The notes under the pieces are model-generated. The model was not told the DNA's origin, did not search any database, and saw only the letters and a program-made list of their open reading frames with translations. Position numbers and translations under genes: made by a program. A DNA stretch of 64,000 nucleotides from Azolla caroliniana (taxonomy: Eukaryota; Plantae; Polypodiophyta), in contig JBHGNT010000108.1 in NCBI GenBank assembly GCA_043228905.1, positions 1-64,000 on the forward strand. The letters run 5' to 3'. Below are positions 13,315-24,788 of this stretch, piece after piece (position 1 is the first letter of the stretch; each line of letters opens with the position of its first letter).

Positions 13315-13764
13315 GAGAGTATAAAGTAAACTAAGTTTTAAGGAGGGAGTGAACTTAGAGGTAGGGGGAGAGGGTAGAGTTAAAATTAGAATGAGGGGGT
13401 AGGTAGAAATCTTGAAAAAGGAGGGAGGGGTAATAAAACAGAATTTGAAAAAAAGGGGAGGGGTAGAATGAGATATAGAAGAAAGGAGGGGGGAGGGGTA
13501 GAAAACTATTTTTAAGAGAGAAGGGAGGAGGGGTAGAAGATGAAAATTAGAAATAAGGGGTGAAGGGTAGTGACAGAGGGAGGGGTAGATTGAAAGAGAA
13601 ATAATGATAATAATAAGTAACGTGAAAAAAGAGAGTGGGGAGGGGAAGAAACAAAATTGTTAGATAAAAAAGAGAGGTAGATTCAAAAAGAAAGTGAAGG
13701 AGGGAAGGGTAGAGTGAGATTTGGAGGAAGGGAGGAGGGGTCGGAAAAATTTGGAAACTAAGGG

Positions 13765-14176
13765 TAACAATCGGCAATGGTTCGGTTCGGTTCGAGAGGG
13801 TCCAAACCATTTAAAATTTTTGAAACCTGAACCGAACCACGAACCGTTAAACCATTTTCAAACTGTTAAACCATTAAACCGTAAAAACCATGGTTTCGTG
13901 GTTCGGTTTCTATTTTTTCAACATAGGTCAAATTTTAAATTGTTTAAAATTTATAATATTTTGTTTTTAAAATTTTTTAAGATGTTCCTAAAATGTGAGA
14001 ATAAGGTTTAAAAATGAAAAGATTGTTTAAAAACAATTTTTAGAATTTTTTATAAAATTTTTAAAAATAAAGAATAAAAAACTGTTAAACTGTTAAAACC
14101 GCAGTTTTTGACTGTTGAAACCAAACCGAACTGTTAATAAAACCCTAAACCTAAACCGAACTGTTGCCGATTGTTA
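13765..14176. mobile_element. hAT-type MITE, 412 bp
   Basis: TIR TAACAATCGGCAA/TTGCCGATTGTTA; 8-bp TSD ACTAAGGG; multiple AACCG/CGGTT subterminal motifs. Confidence 0.92.
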
Positions 14177-15849
14177 ACTAAGGGGGAATTAGTAAAAGAA
14201 GGAGGGGTATAGTATAAAAAGAGAAAAGTATAGGGGAGGTAGAGTTGGAATTTAACAAAGAAAAAATGGAGAGGGGGAAATTAGGAGGTAGGGGTATATT
14301 GAAAATAGTAAATGCGGGAGGGGTAGAGTAAAATTTAGAAGAGAGGAAGAGAGGGTAGGAACTAAAATGTAGAAGTAAAAGAGGGAGGGGTAAAGTGAAA
14401 AATTAGAGGGTAGGTGGAAAAATGAAGTTTTAAGGGAGGAGGGCTAGAGTTAGATTTAGAAGTGAAACGGGGAAGGGTAGTAGAGTGAATTTTGAAAAAC
14501 AAAAAAGGGAGGATTGGAGTAAATAGATTAAAAAGAGTGAGGGGAGGGGTATAGCAAATAGATTTAAAAGAGGGGGAGTGATAATGGTTGCGCGTATATA
14601 CCGGCTACAACATGTAGTTCCGAGCATTAGTAAAAGAGGGAGGGGGCGGTATGCACGGTTACTGCATGTAGTCCTGTGCTAATAAAACAAAGGAGACATA
14701 GAAGGGGCGAGTGATGAGTGTCGGTGTTGCATGTCGGGAGGGTAGGAGAAACCGGTGTTGCCATCGCAAATTCCAATCAACGTTTTTCGAGGGCACTCAT
14801 CACGAAACAGATGCTCGATGGGTGTCGATGCACAACCGTCGCGGGTGCCATTTTCCATTGAATGGGCCTCTATAGAAAGGATGAAGTACGCTTTATTAGA
14901 CCGGAAACGAGGAGTGCGGATAGTAGACAATCTGTGGGTGCGAGTATGTAAGAGGGAGAGTGAGAGTTAGAGAAAAAGTTTAGGGTTTAGGGTTTAGGGT
15001 TTGGGTTTGAGTTTGGGCTTTTAGAGAAAGAGAGAGAAAGGGGGAAGACTAAGAAAGTAAAAAGTGATTTTTAGAAAGGGAGTAGGAGGAAAAGTTATTT
15101 TTAGAGAGGAAGGGTAGGGGGGAGATAAAAGCTAGGGAGGGATAAAGATAAAATAGGACAAAAAATTGGGGAGGGCATAAATAGTAATTTTAAGGGATGG
15201 GAGGGGTAGGGAAAAATAAGAAAAAGTTGGGGAGGACAAAGTTAGGAAAACTTGGGGAAAGGTGAAAATTAGAGGAAAAGGAGGAGGAGGGGTAGAATGA
15301 AAATAAAGAAGAAGCAAATGAAAGGACGGGTGGGAGAAATTGAGGGGAGGATAAAATTTAAGAAGTGAGGGAGGGGTAGGATGATAGAATCTAAAAGGAG
15401 AGGCGTGGGGTCGGAGTATAAATTGAAAAAGTGAAGGGAGGGTTAGAACTTAGGACTCAAGAGGATAAACTTGAAAAGGTGAGGGGTGGGAGATTTTTCC
15501 ATAAAAATTATCCTCCATTAGTATTAAGATTAAAGTAGCCAAAGGCAAGATACAAGATAATCCAACATTACAATGAATATTGTGCAGCCAATCTTTCTTA
15601 ATAAAGATAAAGGCAAGATACAAGATAATATCAGTAAACTTCTCCCTAAGTAATATTGTTGCCCTACCAACGTCCATATCACCAATTAATGTCGATGCCT
15701 TTTTTGTTATTAACCGTTCGGTTCTAGCAAGGAGTGCGGGTGACTTTGTGATATGGTAGATAATGTAATTGGAAAAGAAGAGATTCTAAGCACAGAGGTG
15801 AGAGAGAGAGAGAGAAACTTAAGAAATTTTCATTAAAATGAAAGGAAAG

Positions 15850-15902
15850 ACCTTATGTAGCAAACTAGTTTCGCTCACTTAGAGCTCATCAGTGCAAAAG
15901 GT
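15850..15902 (-). ncRNA. Type I minimal hammerhead ribozyme
   Basis: The minus strand reads ACCTT-TT-GCA CTGATGA GCTC-TAAGT-GAGC GAAA CTAG TT TGC-TACAT-AAGGT. It has intact CUGAUGA and GAAA cores, a 4-bp stem II, a palindromic mini stem III, a GUU triplet and a bulged stem I. Confidence 0.88.
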
Positions 15903-16486
15903 GGTTTATATAGGATGTTGAGAATGGGGAAGGGAAGAGAAAGAGGGAAAGTATAATCATAGTGAATGGGGTGTAATAAGAGTGTAAATAGATGGAGGGC
16001 TGAAAGGATTTAAGGTGGAAGATCTTGATGATAGGGGGGGTGGTGATAAAGGGGGAAATGAGTTGGTGATAGGAAGATTGATAGGGTGATAAGATAGATG
16101 AGTGAGTGGGATAGGGTGATAAGGGGAAATGAATGAGTGATAGGGTATGTAATTATAAGTACATAAACATAAGATGGTGAGAAGGTGAAAATAAAAGAAG
16201 GGAATAAGAAGGGAAAGGAAGGAAAAGAAAAAGGAAGTTAGTAAGAGGTGGTGGGGAGAAGGTTTGAGGGAAAAGTGGGAAGAGAGGGAAGAGAGAGTGT
16301 ATAAAAAGGTAGTGAGAGATATAGGGGAGGGGGAAGGGAGAAAAAAGGGAGAGAGAGAGAAAAGGGATGAGTGAAGATATAAAATAGTAGTAAGGGGGAG
16401 AGAGAGAGAGAGAGAGAGAGAAATATGGATTTTAGTGAAATATAAGGGAATGATGGGGGGGAAGGGGGAAAGGGAGATGTGTGTGA

Positions 16487-17367
16487 CTAGTAAATAGTAG
16501 TAATGGGGAAGGAGAGAGGAACAAGGAAGGGGGATAGATTAAATGAAGGGTGAGAAAATATGTTTATGGGGTCTAGGATGTTTTTAGTTTTGACTAGAAA
16601 GGAGTGGAGATTTTTGAATTTTGTCCAACAGATAATGGATTTAGGGATATGTTGTAGTTGGGGATGTAATTGGATATTAGAGTGTAGGCTAGTGAGCATT
16701 TCTTTGATAATTAGTGTGGGGGTTGGTGAGTATATCTAAGTTTAAAGATAGTGGGTGGGGTAATTTTTTTAGTTTTTTCTTTGAAGAGGAGAGTGTGCCT
16801 AAGGGAGTAAGGGTGTTTTCCAAAGTTCTTTAGAATAAAATGCGTGGGATAACCTCGGGCCCTAAGTCTCGTAAAGAATTTCTTTTGCATATTTAAATAA
16901 CCTAGGGATGTGCTTTCTCTAACCATATATCTTTTTAATTCATTCGAAACAAAACTATTTTAACATGGAGAGGGTGATTGGAGGCATAAGGGATGTATTG
17001 ATATGTATCAAGTGTTTTTTGAAAGCAATTAAAAGTGAATCTATTATTGTCTAAGTTAATCCACAAGTCTAAAAAGGGTAGTTTCGTGTAAGAAGTATGT
17101 ATGGTTAGTTTGATAGAGTTTTGAGTAGTGTTACTATAGAAATTTAGGTATTCAAAAAGTTGGGGTTTAGTACTAGTCCAGATGCCAAAGGCATCATCAA
17201 TATACCTAGGGGAAATAGAAAAGGTGGGGTGATGGATTGGAATTTTCTAGATATGAGAGGAAGAGACATGCGTAGACAACAGAAAAATTACTACCCATGG
17301 CTGTTCCTTTTACCTGTTGATAAATTTGGTTGTTGAATTTTAGGAAGTGGTATTCTAAAGTGAGGGC
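16487..17367 (-). mobile_element. 5'-truncated, degenerate Penelope-like element (PLE) reverse transcriptase
   Basis: Manual translation gives HFLKFNNQIYQQVKGTAMGS, RYIDDAFGIWT, LPFLDL, YQYIPYASNHP, LRARGYP and IICWTKFKNLHSFLVK. These are hallmark PLE RT and thumb motifs, in the expected order. Confidence 0.88.
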
Positions 17368-17852
17368 TCATGACCATATCCCCATGTAATTTCTTTTTCA
17401 ATCTTAATGATAATTAGTAATAACTTTGCTCTTAATCTCTCTCTCTCTCTCTCTCTGAACATGTTAGTAACATTTGTTTTAGTCTTTTTAATTAATACTT
17501 AATAACTAGCCCTCTCTCCCTTTCTCATTATATTTTTAGATGTTTTAGTTATATTTAAGTTTTAATCCCTATAGTAATTTAAGTTATCAAGGTTTAATCT
17601 CTCTCTCTCTCATGCTCTCTAAGCCATGCACCGATGATACACCATGCACACTCCTTGTCGACGATCGTATGATCAACAAAACCAAGTAATGTTGATGCCA
17701 TGCCAAAGCCACTAACATCAATTCCATCGTATTCAACATGTACTGATATATCTTCTTTCACAATGATTCCTTGATCACTGCTACATGTAAGAGTTCATCA
17801 TATCCAAATGATCCAGATGAACCTACCATATAAAAATACTGGTTCTCTACTC

Positions 17853-20645
17853 AATCCAATCTCCTCAAACCCTCATGCAAATTTGCTTCTGCCTCCGCCA
17901 CCATCTTTGCTCATCATTGTATAAACTAAAAACAAATAAATGTGCTTCAAAATATTTCCACATCAGCCATCTCTCCATTTTCCATGGAATTCCTGTATAG
18001 ACAACAAAGAAAAAATTAGTTGTCCTCATCCACTCGTGATGTTTTGCTTCAACCCTCGACAACATCCTCACTCATCCTTTCAAAAATAAATCAGCTTTCT
18101 TTTCCACAATATCCATCTTGCCAAAGTCCTATATCTCTCTATTTTTAACAATTTCCTGTACATACACAAAACAGAATTAATCCACTCTCCTCACCCTCAT
18201 AAAACCTTGCTTCTACCTCTTCCACCATCTTCACTCATCATTCTGAAAACTGAAAGTAAATAAGACTGCTTCAAAAACTTCCACATCAACTATCTCTCCA
18301 TTTTGTATCAAGATCCTCTTGCCATTCATCACTCGAGTCTTGTACCTACAAAAACCATAATGAATCCACTCTCTTGAAACCCTCATGAAACCTTGCTTCT
18401 ACCTCCACCACCATCTTCACTCATCCTTCCAAAATTAAATCAACTTCATTTTCCACTACAACCATCTTGCCATTCATCGCCTGATTCCTGTACCTACAAA
18501 AACCAGAATGAATCCACTCTCCTCAAACCCTCATGAAACCTTGCTTTCGCCTCCGCCACCATCTTCACTCATCCTTTCAAAATAAATCGGCTTCACTTTC
18601 CACTACAACTATCTTGTCATTCATCGCTCGAGTTCTATACCTACAAAAAGAAGACCAGAATGAATCCACTCTCCTCAAACCCTCATGAAACCTTGCTAAT
18701 GTCACGACACAATGATATCAAATACGTAGTTAATGAGGAGGATTGAACCTGCAACCTCACATCTACAACCACTCCAACTGGAAGCATCACCCCTCTTTGT
18801 TATCGCCTTTGCTTCTAGAGTTACCATCATCATTGTCCTTGCTTCCAGAGTTACCGTCATCAACATCCTAGTCTTCGACATCATCTTTTCCAACACCTCT
18901 TCGCCCAACCTTCATCGTAATCAACAGTACTTGTTATCTTTTATAGGTATCATTTTGCATCACGATTTTGGCGAGGATTGCTTTCGATCGCTCACCTTCC
19001 TAGTTTCGGTGGGAGTTACAACCACTCACTTTCTTGGTGGGGATCGAATCATTGCTCGCTTGCACTCCATTTTCATTTTAGTTCAAGTCTTGTGCCACTT
19101 TCCTTTGGCGAGGACCGATTCCGATTGCTCACCTTCTAGTTATTGTGGGGGTCACAACCGCTCACTTTCCTGGTGGGAATCGAGTTAGTTTCTCGCTAGC
19201 ACTACCGCTTGTGCTGTGTTTTGGGTCAACCTCGACTATCTACCCTCTCATAATAGAGGGAGTCAAGTTGACCGCTTCGCTTGCACTCCTTCGCTCGTTC
19301 GTGTTCCAATTCCTAGTGACGGTCGCATAGTCGCTCACTTTGGTTCGTGTTCTAGTTCTCGGTGAGGACTGCATGGTCGCTCACTCTCGTTCATGTTGCT
19401 GGTGACGGTTGCCTGGTCACTCATGCCCATTTGTGTTCGAGTTCTCCGTGAGGGCCGCATGGTCGCTCACTCCTATTCGTGTTCCAGTTCCTGATGAGGG
19501 TTGCATGGTCGCTCATGCCCGTTCAAGTTCCCAATGAGGGCTGCACATGGTCGCTCACATCTGTCGGTGTTCTAGTCTTCAGTGAGGGCCACACATGGTC
19601 GCTCACACCTGTCGAGGTTCTAATCTCTGGTGAGGACCGTACATGGTCACTCACACCCGTCGGTGTTCCAATGTTCGGTGAGGACCGCACATAGTCGCTC
19701 ACGTTCGTTGGTGTTCTAGTCTCCATTGAGGACAACATATGGTTCCTCACGCCCATTAGTGCTCCAATTCCCATCCACCCCTACACCACGCTTTCGAAAA
19801 GGCGTCTGTAAAGGGGAGGATAATGTCACGACACAATGATATCAAATACGTAGTTAATGAGGAGGATTGAACCTGCAACCTCACATCTACAAGATGTCAT
19901 GCTCAACCATTTTGATGTGAGCATGCATTTATATATACTGGTTTAGTATTCTATAGTCTAGTATATAATACATTTCAAAATAAGAATATTCTAGTCGTTA
20001 GTATATTCTAGAAATATTGTACAACATATTCCAGATGAGTATATTCTAGAAATATTGTACAACATATTCCAGATGAGTATATTCTAGAGATATTTCTTGA
20101 GTATATTCTAGAGATATTCAATCTCGGAACATGTATAAATACTTGTAACCTCCTTGGTCCCTTTCAAGGGATTCAACACCAGTCATTGACACATCAATCT
20201 AGTATTCTTGTTTAGCCTCATATTTGTCTCCTTGATCTTTATTTTTGTCTTCATGGCCTCATGTCGCTCACAACATCTAGAGTTCCTAGCCTCGTCACAT
20301 CTAGCTCCAAGTTCATCGTCACTCGTAGCCCCATCATCTGTGCTCCGTCCTAGTCCGCGCTTGGTGTGTCTGTGACAGCTTCTACCTCCGCCACCATCTT
20401 CACTCATCATTCTAAAAACTGTAATTAAATAAGTCTGCTTCAAAAAAACTTCCACATCAAAGCATCTTGCCATTTTCCATCAAAATCCTCTCCATTTTCA
20501 GTACTTTCCTGTATATACACACTCCTCAAACCATCATGAAAATTTGTATTTGCCTCTGTCCCCGTCTTCATTCATCGTTCTAAAAGTTACAATAACTAAA
20601 TATGCTTCAAAATAATTCCACAGCAAAGCTCTCGCCATTTTCACC
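17853..20645. repeat. Degenerate tandem array of about 150-185-bp units, interrupted by an LTR element at 18700-20377
   Basis: AATCCACTCTCCTCAAACCCTCATGAAACCTTGCTTCTACCTCC..CCATCTTCACTCATC recurs at about 17853, 18179, 18363, 18511 and 18663, and resumes mid-unit at 20378. Confidence 0.85.
18700..20377 (+). mobile_element. Non-coding gypsy-like LTR element remnant (3' LTR 19824-20377; only about 70 bp of the 5' LTR remains)
   Basis: TGTCACGACACAATG... is identical at 18700 and 19824. PPT AAAGGGGAGGA at 19810-19820; LTR ends TGTCAC...GTGACA; about 39-bp tandem repeats at 19310-19770. Confidence 0.75.
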
Positions 20646-20649
20646 AAAT

Positions 20650-21000
20650 TCCATGTTGTCTACACTAAGAACGGTGTTGGTGGCAAAAACAACCAACGAG
20701 GTGGAACGTAATTCCACTTAACATCATCACCTGCATCCAACAAAATAGGAATAACTGCCCAAACTCTACGAATTCTTCTTCTTTTCCGGTTAGCTTTATT
20801 TCCATAACCCTTATAACTATCATACTCACCTTTACTGTATGTATCACTAATTCCCAAAAGGTCTTAACCTTATCCACAACATGAATTTGTTCATCATTGT
20901 ATAGTTTGGAACATCTCGCTTTCTACAAAACCCATAGGGCCAAAGAGAAAACAATTTGCCAAACATAACACCGTGAGAAGAACTTGATTCCCGGTATGGA
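20650..21000 (-). mobile_element. L1-type LINE ORF2 C-terminal remnant
   Basis: Reads WQIVFSLALWVL*KARCSKLYNDEQ..FWELVIHT..KGEYDSYKG, which resembles the C-terminus of the L1 at 32184-34362 (TLWILRKQQCRRVF..IWSEIVATLKSQYDG). Confidence 0.6.
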
Positions 21001-23742
21001 GGTTGAAACAGAGTATACCTGAAAACTTTTTACCTGTAAAGTCACTAAAGAATTATGATAATAATAAAAAACCTTTTGTTGATCCAAAGTTCCCTAGAAT
21101 ACTGCACCCCACGTGAAAATGGTTGACCTATACTTACATTTAAACATTTTCTTCCTAAAATCTTTGATGATTTGCAATCTTGACATGTTCATTAAGTAAT
21201 TCGTTATAATATTAAGTTGAATTGCAAACATTGATAGAGTGTCATTAAACAATTGTAATATGCCCTATTGGCAACAACAACAAAAACATGATAAGAATAT
21301 TGAGAATGTGATAGAGTCATATAGCCTTTCACCCTACATGTGAATTCTTATTATAAGAGTCTAGTTCAAGTTTCAAATGATTAAATAAACAAATATCAAG
21401 GGAATATTATAAATACCCGTCGTGTATGGTGCGTTATTGATTACCCCACATCGTTTTTTATAATACCAAAACACCCAACAAGCAATAGAAAGAAAGAGGA
21501 AACTTTTATTATGAACTAAACCTTAGAGTTAAAGAGAAAAATTACTAGTGAAGGGGCAACTAGATCAATAGAGATTTTAGAAAGACTCAAGGCGACCTAA
21601 TTAATTTATGTGTGCACTAATATCACTTTAATACCTCAATTATTTTGTCGAAAGTGTAAGCTAAAAAGAAGAAGAAAGAAGTAAATTGACCCCTAATCCT
21701 CTCTTTAGACTTTTACAATGGAGTTGTCCTTGTGAGCGTCTACTTTTAGGTGGTTTATACATTATGAAATCTTCAATGGCTATCATTTAAAGTATGTAAC
21801 ATTGATTATGGATGGTGGCACATCTTAAAATGTAGTTGGCATTCTACATTGGCATTTGTAGTGAAGGTTTTTTTCATGTAATGGTAGGCGAGTCATAACA
21901 CATCTATAAATGTTGAAGAGAGTATAAACGTGGCAATTTTGTTTATTTAACCAAGCTGAAATTTTTCTCTAGACAAAGGGTTCATGTTACATATTAGCTC
22001 CACTCAATTATGGCACCATTGTAGTGTTTTTTACCATTGTATTACCATATGTATGTTTGTGGCGGCCTAAGAGCAATTGAACTATTATTTGTGGTACAAA
22101 TCCAAGAGCCATTGAAAAGGATAGGGAAACCCTCTCAAAGTGTTGTAATGCTATATGACTTCTTTTTCTTCTCTCCAATATGTGCCGATGAACATTGACC
22201 AATATGTGTGAGAACCATATGTAAGCCGCCATAGTTGATCAAACCATACACATACATCCAAAGATGTCCACATCCCCGCATGTGTTCAACAAGTCTTTAA
22301 TATATAACTACATGTCTGCAAATAGTGCCTCGAGTATATTTCTACTTTGGATTAGGTCAAATTTATTTTTAAATATAGGGAGGGACCAATGTGTCATACC
22401 AATGAATTGAAGACAAGCTTCGGGAATCATGGGAACGGGTCAACCTCAATCACATTTTGATTGTCAATAAACCAAGGCAAAGGGCCTTGAAAAGGGTCTT
22501 GGTTATCGATCACTCCTCCTTGAAACAAGCTGAGCTATATTTAATGACAAATTCCAAAATGCTTATAGCTTCTAGAACTTCCTAGATAGGGTTAGACCTT
22601 TAGAGAATTTGTACATGATTATCTTACTTTAGAGAATTTGAAGCTTAGACCTTGCCAAACCAACATAATTAGTAGTTAAGTAAAAAATATCAAGGATTTT
22701 TCTTCCTCACCATAACCAAACCATAGATTTGAAATGTGAACTATCCAAATGTTTCCACATTTCCTCTCCTTTTCCCTTTCATCTCACAAACTCATGGTGT
22801 CTTAAAAATAAACACAAATAGTATTGCAAGTGTCACGTATAAGTCTTGAAACCATACCTTACACATGAATCACCAAGTGTGAACCATTAGGATAAGCATT
22901 TCTATCTTAATTGATCAAATTTGACTATGCTTTCTGCATATCTTTGATCATACCCACATGAGTTTCTCTCATAATCACAATCTGCACCCTTGAATTGTAA
23001 CAAAGTCAAGATAATCTTGTTGCATATTATTCGAAATAATTCGTTAATGTATTTCACTTTTTGGTGCCTATATAAATTTTTATTGTGTAATGTATTATCT
23101 AATGTTTCTCATTATTGAGCAAGGATCATATTTGTGATTTTGAGTTCATATCGTAAAGTTACACAATTAGGGGAAAGATTTACGAAAAGACCCATACTCA
23201 AAACTCAAACCGTCAACAAAAAGAGTTCGTTGTCAGATTCCTAATGGTTCTTTGAAAATACAAATCCAATCTCCAAGTGAGAAGTTAGAGTCTTCTCCTC
23301 CTCCAATCTCCAGTTCGGGAATAAAATAATACAATGAGTGTTTAGGCCTAATGTACAATGTCATAAATGTAATCGTGTTAGGCAAGATTTGAACCTAAGT
23401 TACACGGTACACCAATAAAGTTAAAAAACATTATATTTACGAATAAGGTAACTATTATTGAGTGTTACATTGTAATAAAGTTTACATATACATAATTAAA
23501 AACCACTAAGAGAAACCCTCTAGATACTAAACTAAATATTGATGTGTAATCTAAAGTCTCCAACACAACAATTCGAATCCACAACCCATCCTCTCTAGTT
23601 GTAGTACCCGGTGGTTTTGGTCACGTTTCTTCACATGCATGCACGTAACTTCACGACAACATTTCTCTCTCAATGCCAAAGTCTCTCTCAATTGCAATGT
23701 TTATCATTATAATTCTTGAACATCAAGATTCACTACTCAAAT

Positions 23743-23860
23743 CATGTAATGCAAGGTTCGAAAAGGATAAGAAGCCCCTTCACAGGGAAGGGCAGAGGAT
23801 TCATTGATATGACTTTGTTGGGATCCTCGAGGGTTCATGAGAAATGGGTGACCAAGTGAT
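23743..23860 (-). pseudogene. P450 exon-3 terminal fragment
   Basis: Encodes [37 protein letters not shown]. Confidence 0.85.
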
Positions 23861-24349
23861 TTTAGTAAAAGCCCTCTTAAAACCTATAAAAGGGAAAGGA
23901 GAGCTCATTGTTGGGGGGGATTTTGGAACAAGGCGGACGTGATGCCAATATCTCGAACGAGCTTGGAGTAGTAAATCAAGAAGGCATTGTCACGAGAATG
24001 CGCGTGTGTATGCTACTTGAACGGGACCATGAGTGTCTTGGACTAGGGAGGTCACGAGGATTAAGAAGGCACGAAGGATAGGTCTTGGGCTCAAAGTCGA
24101 AGGGAGGCAAGAGTCGAAGGGTCTTTAGACACGAACGGAGCAACAACTTGAATGATGATTAACATGCAATTAGAATTGAATACGTGATTAAAGGAATGTA
24201 CACAAGATTAATACGAAAATGCGTTGGCAAAAATACTTCACAATCTAGTGTTGATTTTATCATGGAAGCATAAGAGACATTTATATGATATATCCATGGA
24301 ATTTGCTTCCCACATCCTAAAGTCTAAGAATATATTCCCTCTATCCAAA

Positions 24350-24614
24350 GCCTATCTAAGAACGTAATATTCGCATTCATTTGTTCAAACATTCGTTTTC
24401 ATACGTTTTCAAACGAATGCATACATATGTTATGCAAACATAAGTATGTATTTTTTTGAAGTTTTTATGTTTTTTTCTCACACTTGTTTACCTTAAAAAA
24501 CATTTTAACTTATAGTAAATAATGAATACAAAAGTATAGTATTTACCGTACTTCGAGGGTCTTTACCATACTCAAATGATCGAAACATACTGGGCACGTA
24601 TGGTATATACTATG
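24350..24614. mobile_element. hAT-type MITE (family of 8197-8444) about 175 bp downstream of the gene B stop
   Basis: Same internal sequence and TATACTATG end; absent from the equivalent position downstream of pseudogenes E and F. Confidence 0.7.
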
Positions 24615-24788
24615 AAATTTCCATAACCCCCACTTATTTTGCAAATAAACTAAAATTGAATAAAACCAATGGATTGTTTTCTCTATCTATGCAAATACAT
24701 GTCGAGATAACATGTTCCCCAGGTCTAAACCCCCTGAAGCTACTTTGATTGTTGCGATTTTCGAACGATAGCGTAGTGGTGAATCGAA

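Larger units (their letters stand above)
9367..15840 (-). mobile_element. Tandem non-coding, strand-biased modules associated with the Penelope-like element; two carry TTTAGGG repeats
   Basis: The plus strand is extremely G/A-rich. A related terminal motif (GGAGTGC..TAGTAGACAAT..GTGAGAGTTAGAGAAAA) occurs at about 9390 and 14910, with a diverged copy at 15728. TTTAGGG repeats lie at 9462-9510 and 14979-14999. Interrupted by a copia element and a MITE. Confidence 0.55.

Noticed and set aside
14775-14810. Second hammerhead (minus strand GTGATGAG..CGAAA)
   Set aside because: The core C3 is G and stem II does not pair properly; kept only as part of the structured-island finding.
14979-14999. True telomere or chromosome fusion site
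   Set aside because: Only 2-3 perfect TTTAGGG units, at the same position within a repeated module, so they are part of an element.
19310-19770. CRISPR-like array of roughly 39-bp repeats
   Set aside because: Contiguous degenerate tandem units with no unique spacers, inside an LTR element in eukaryotic DNA; no cas genes.
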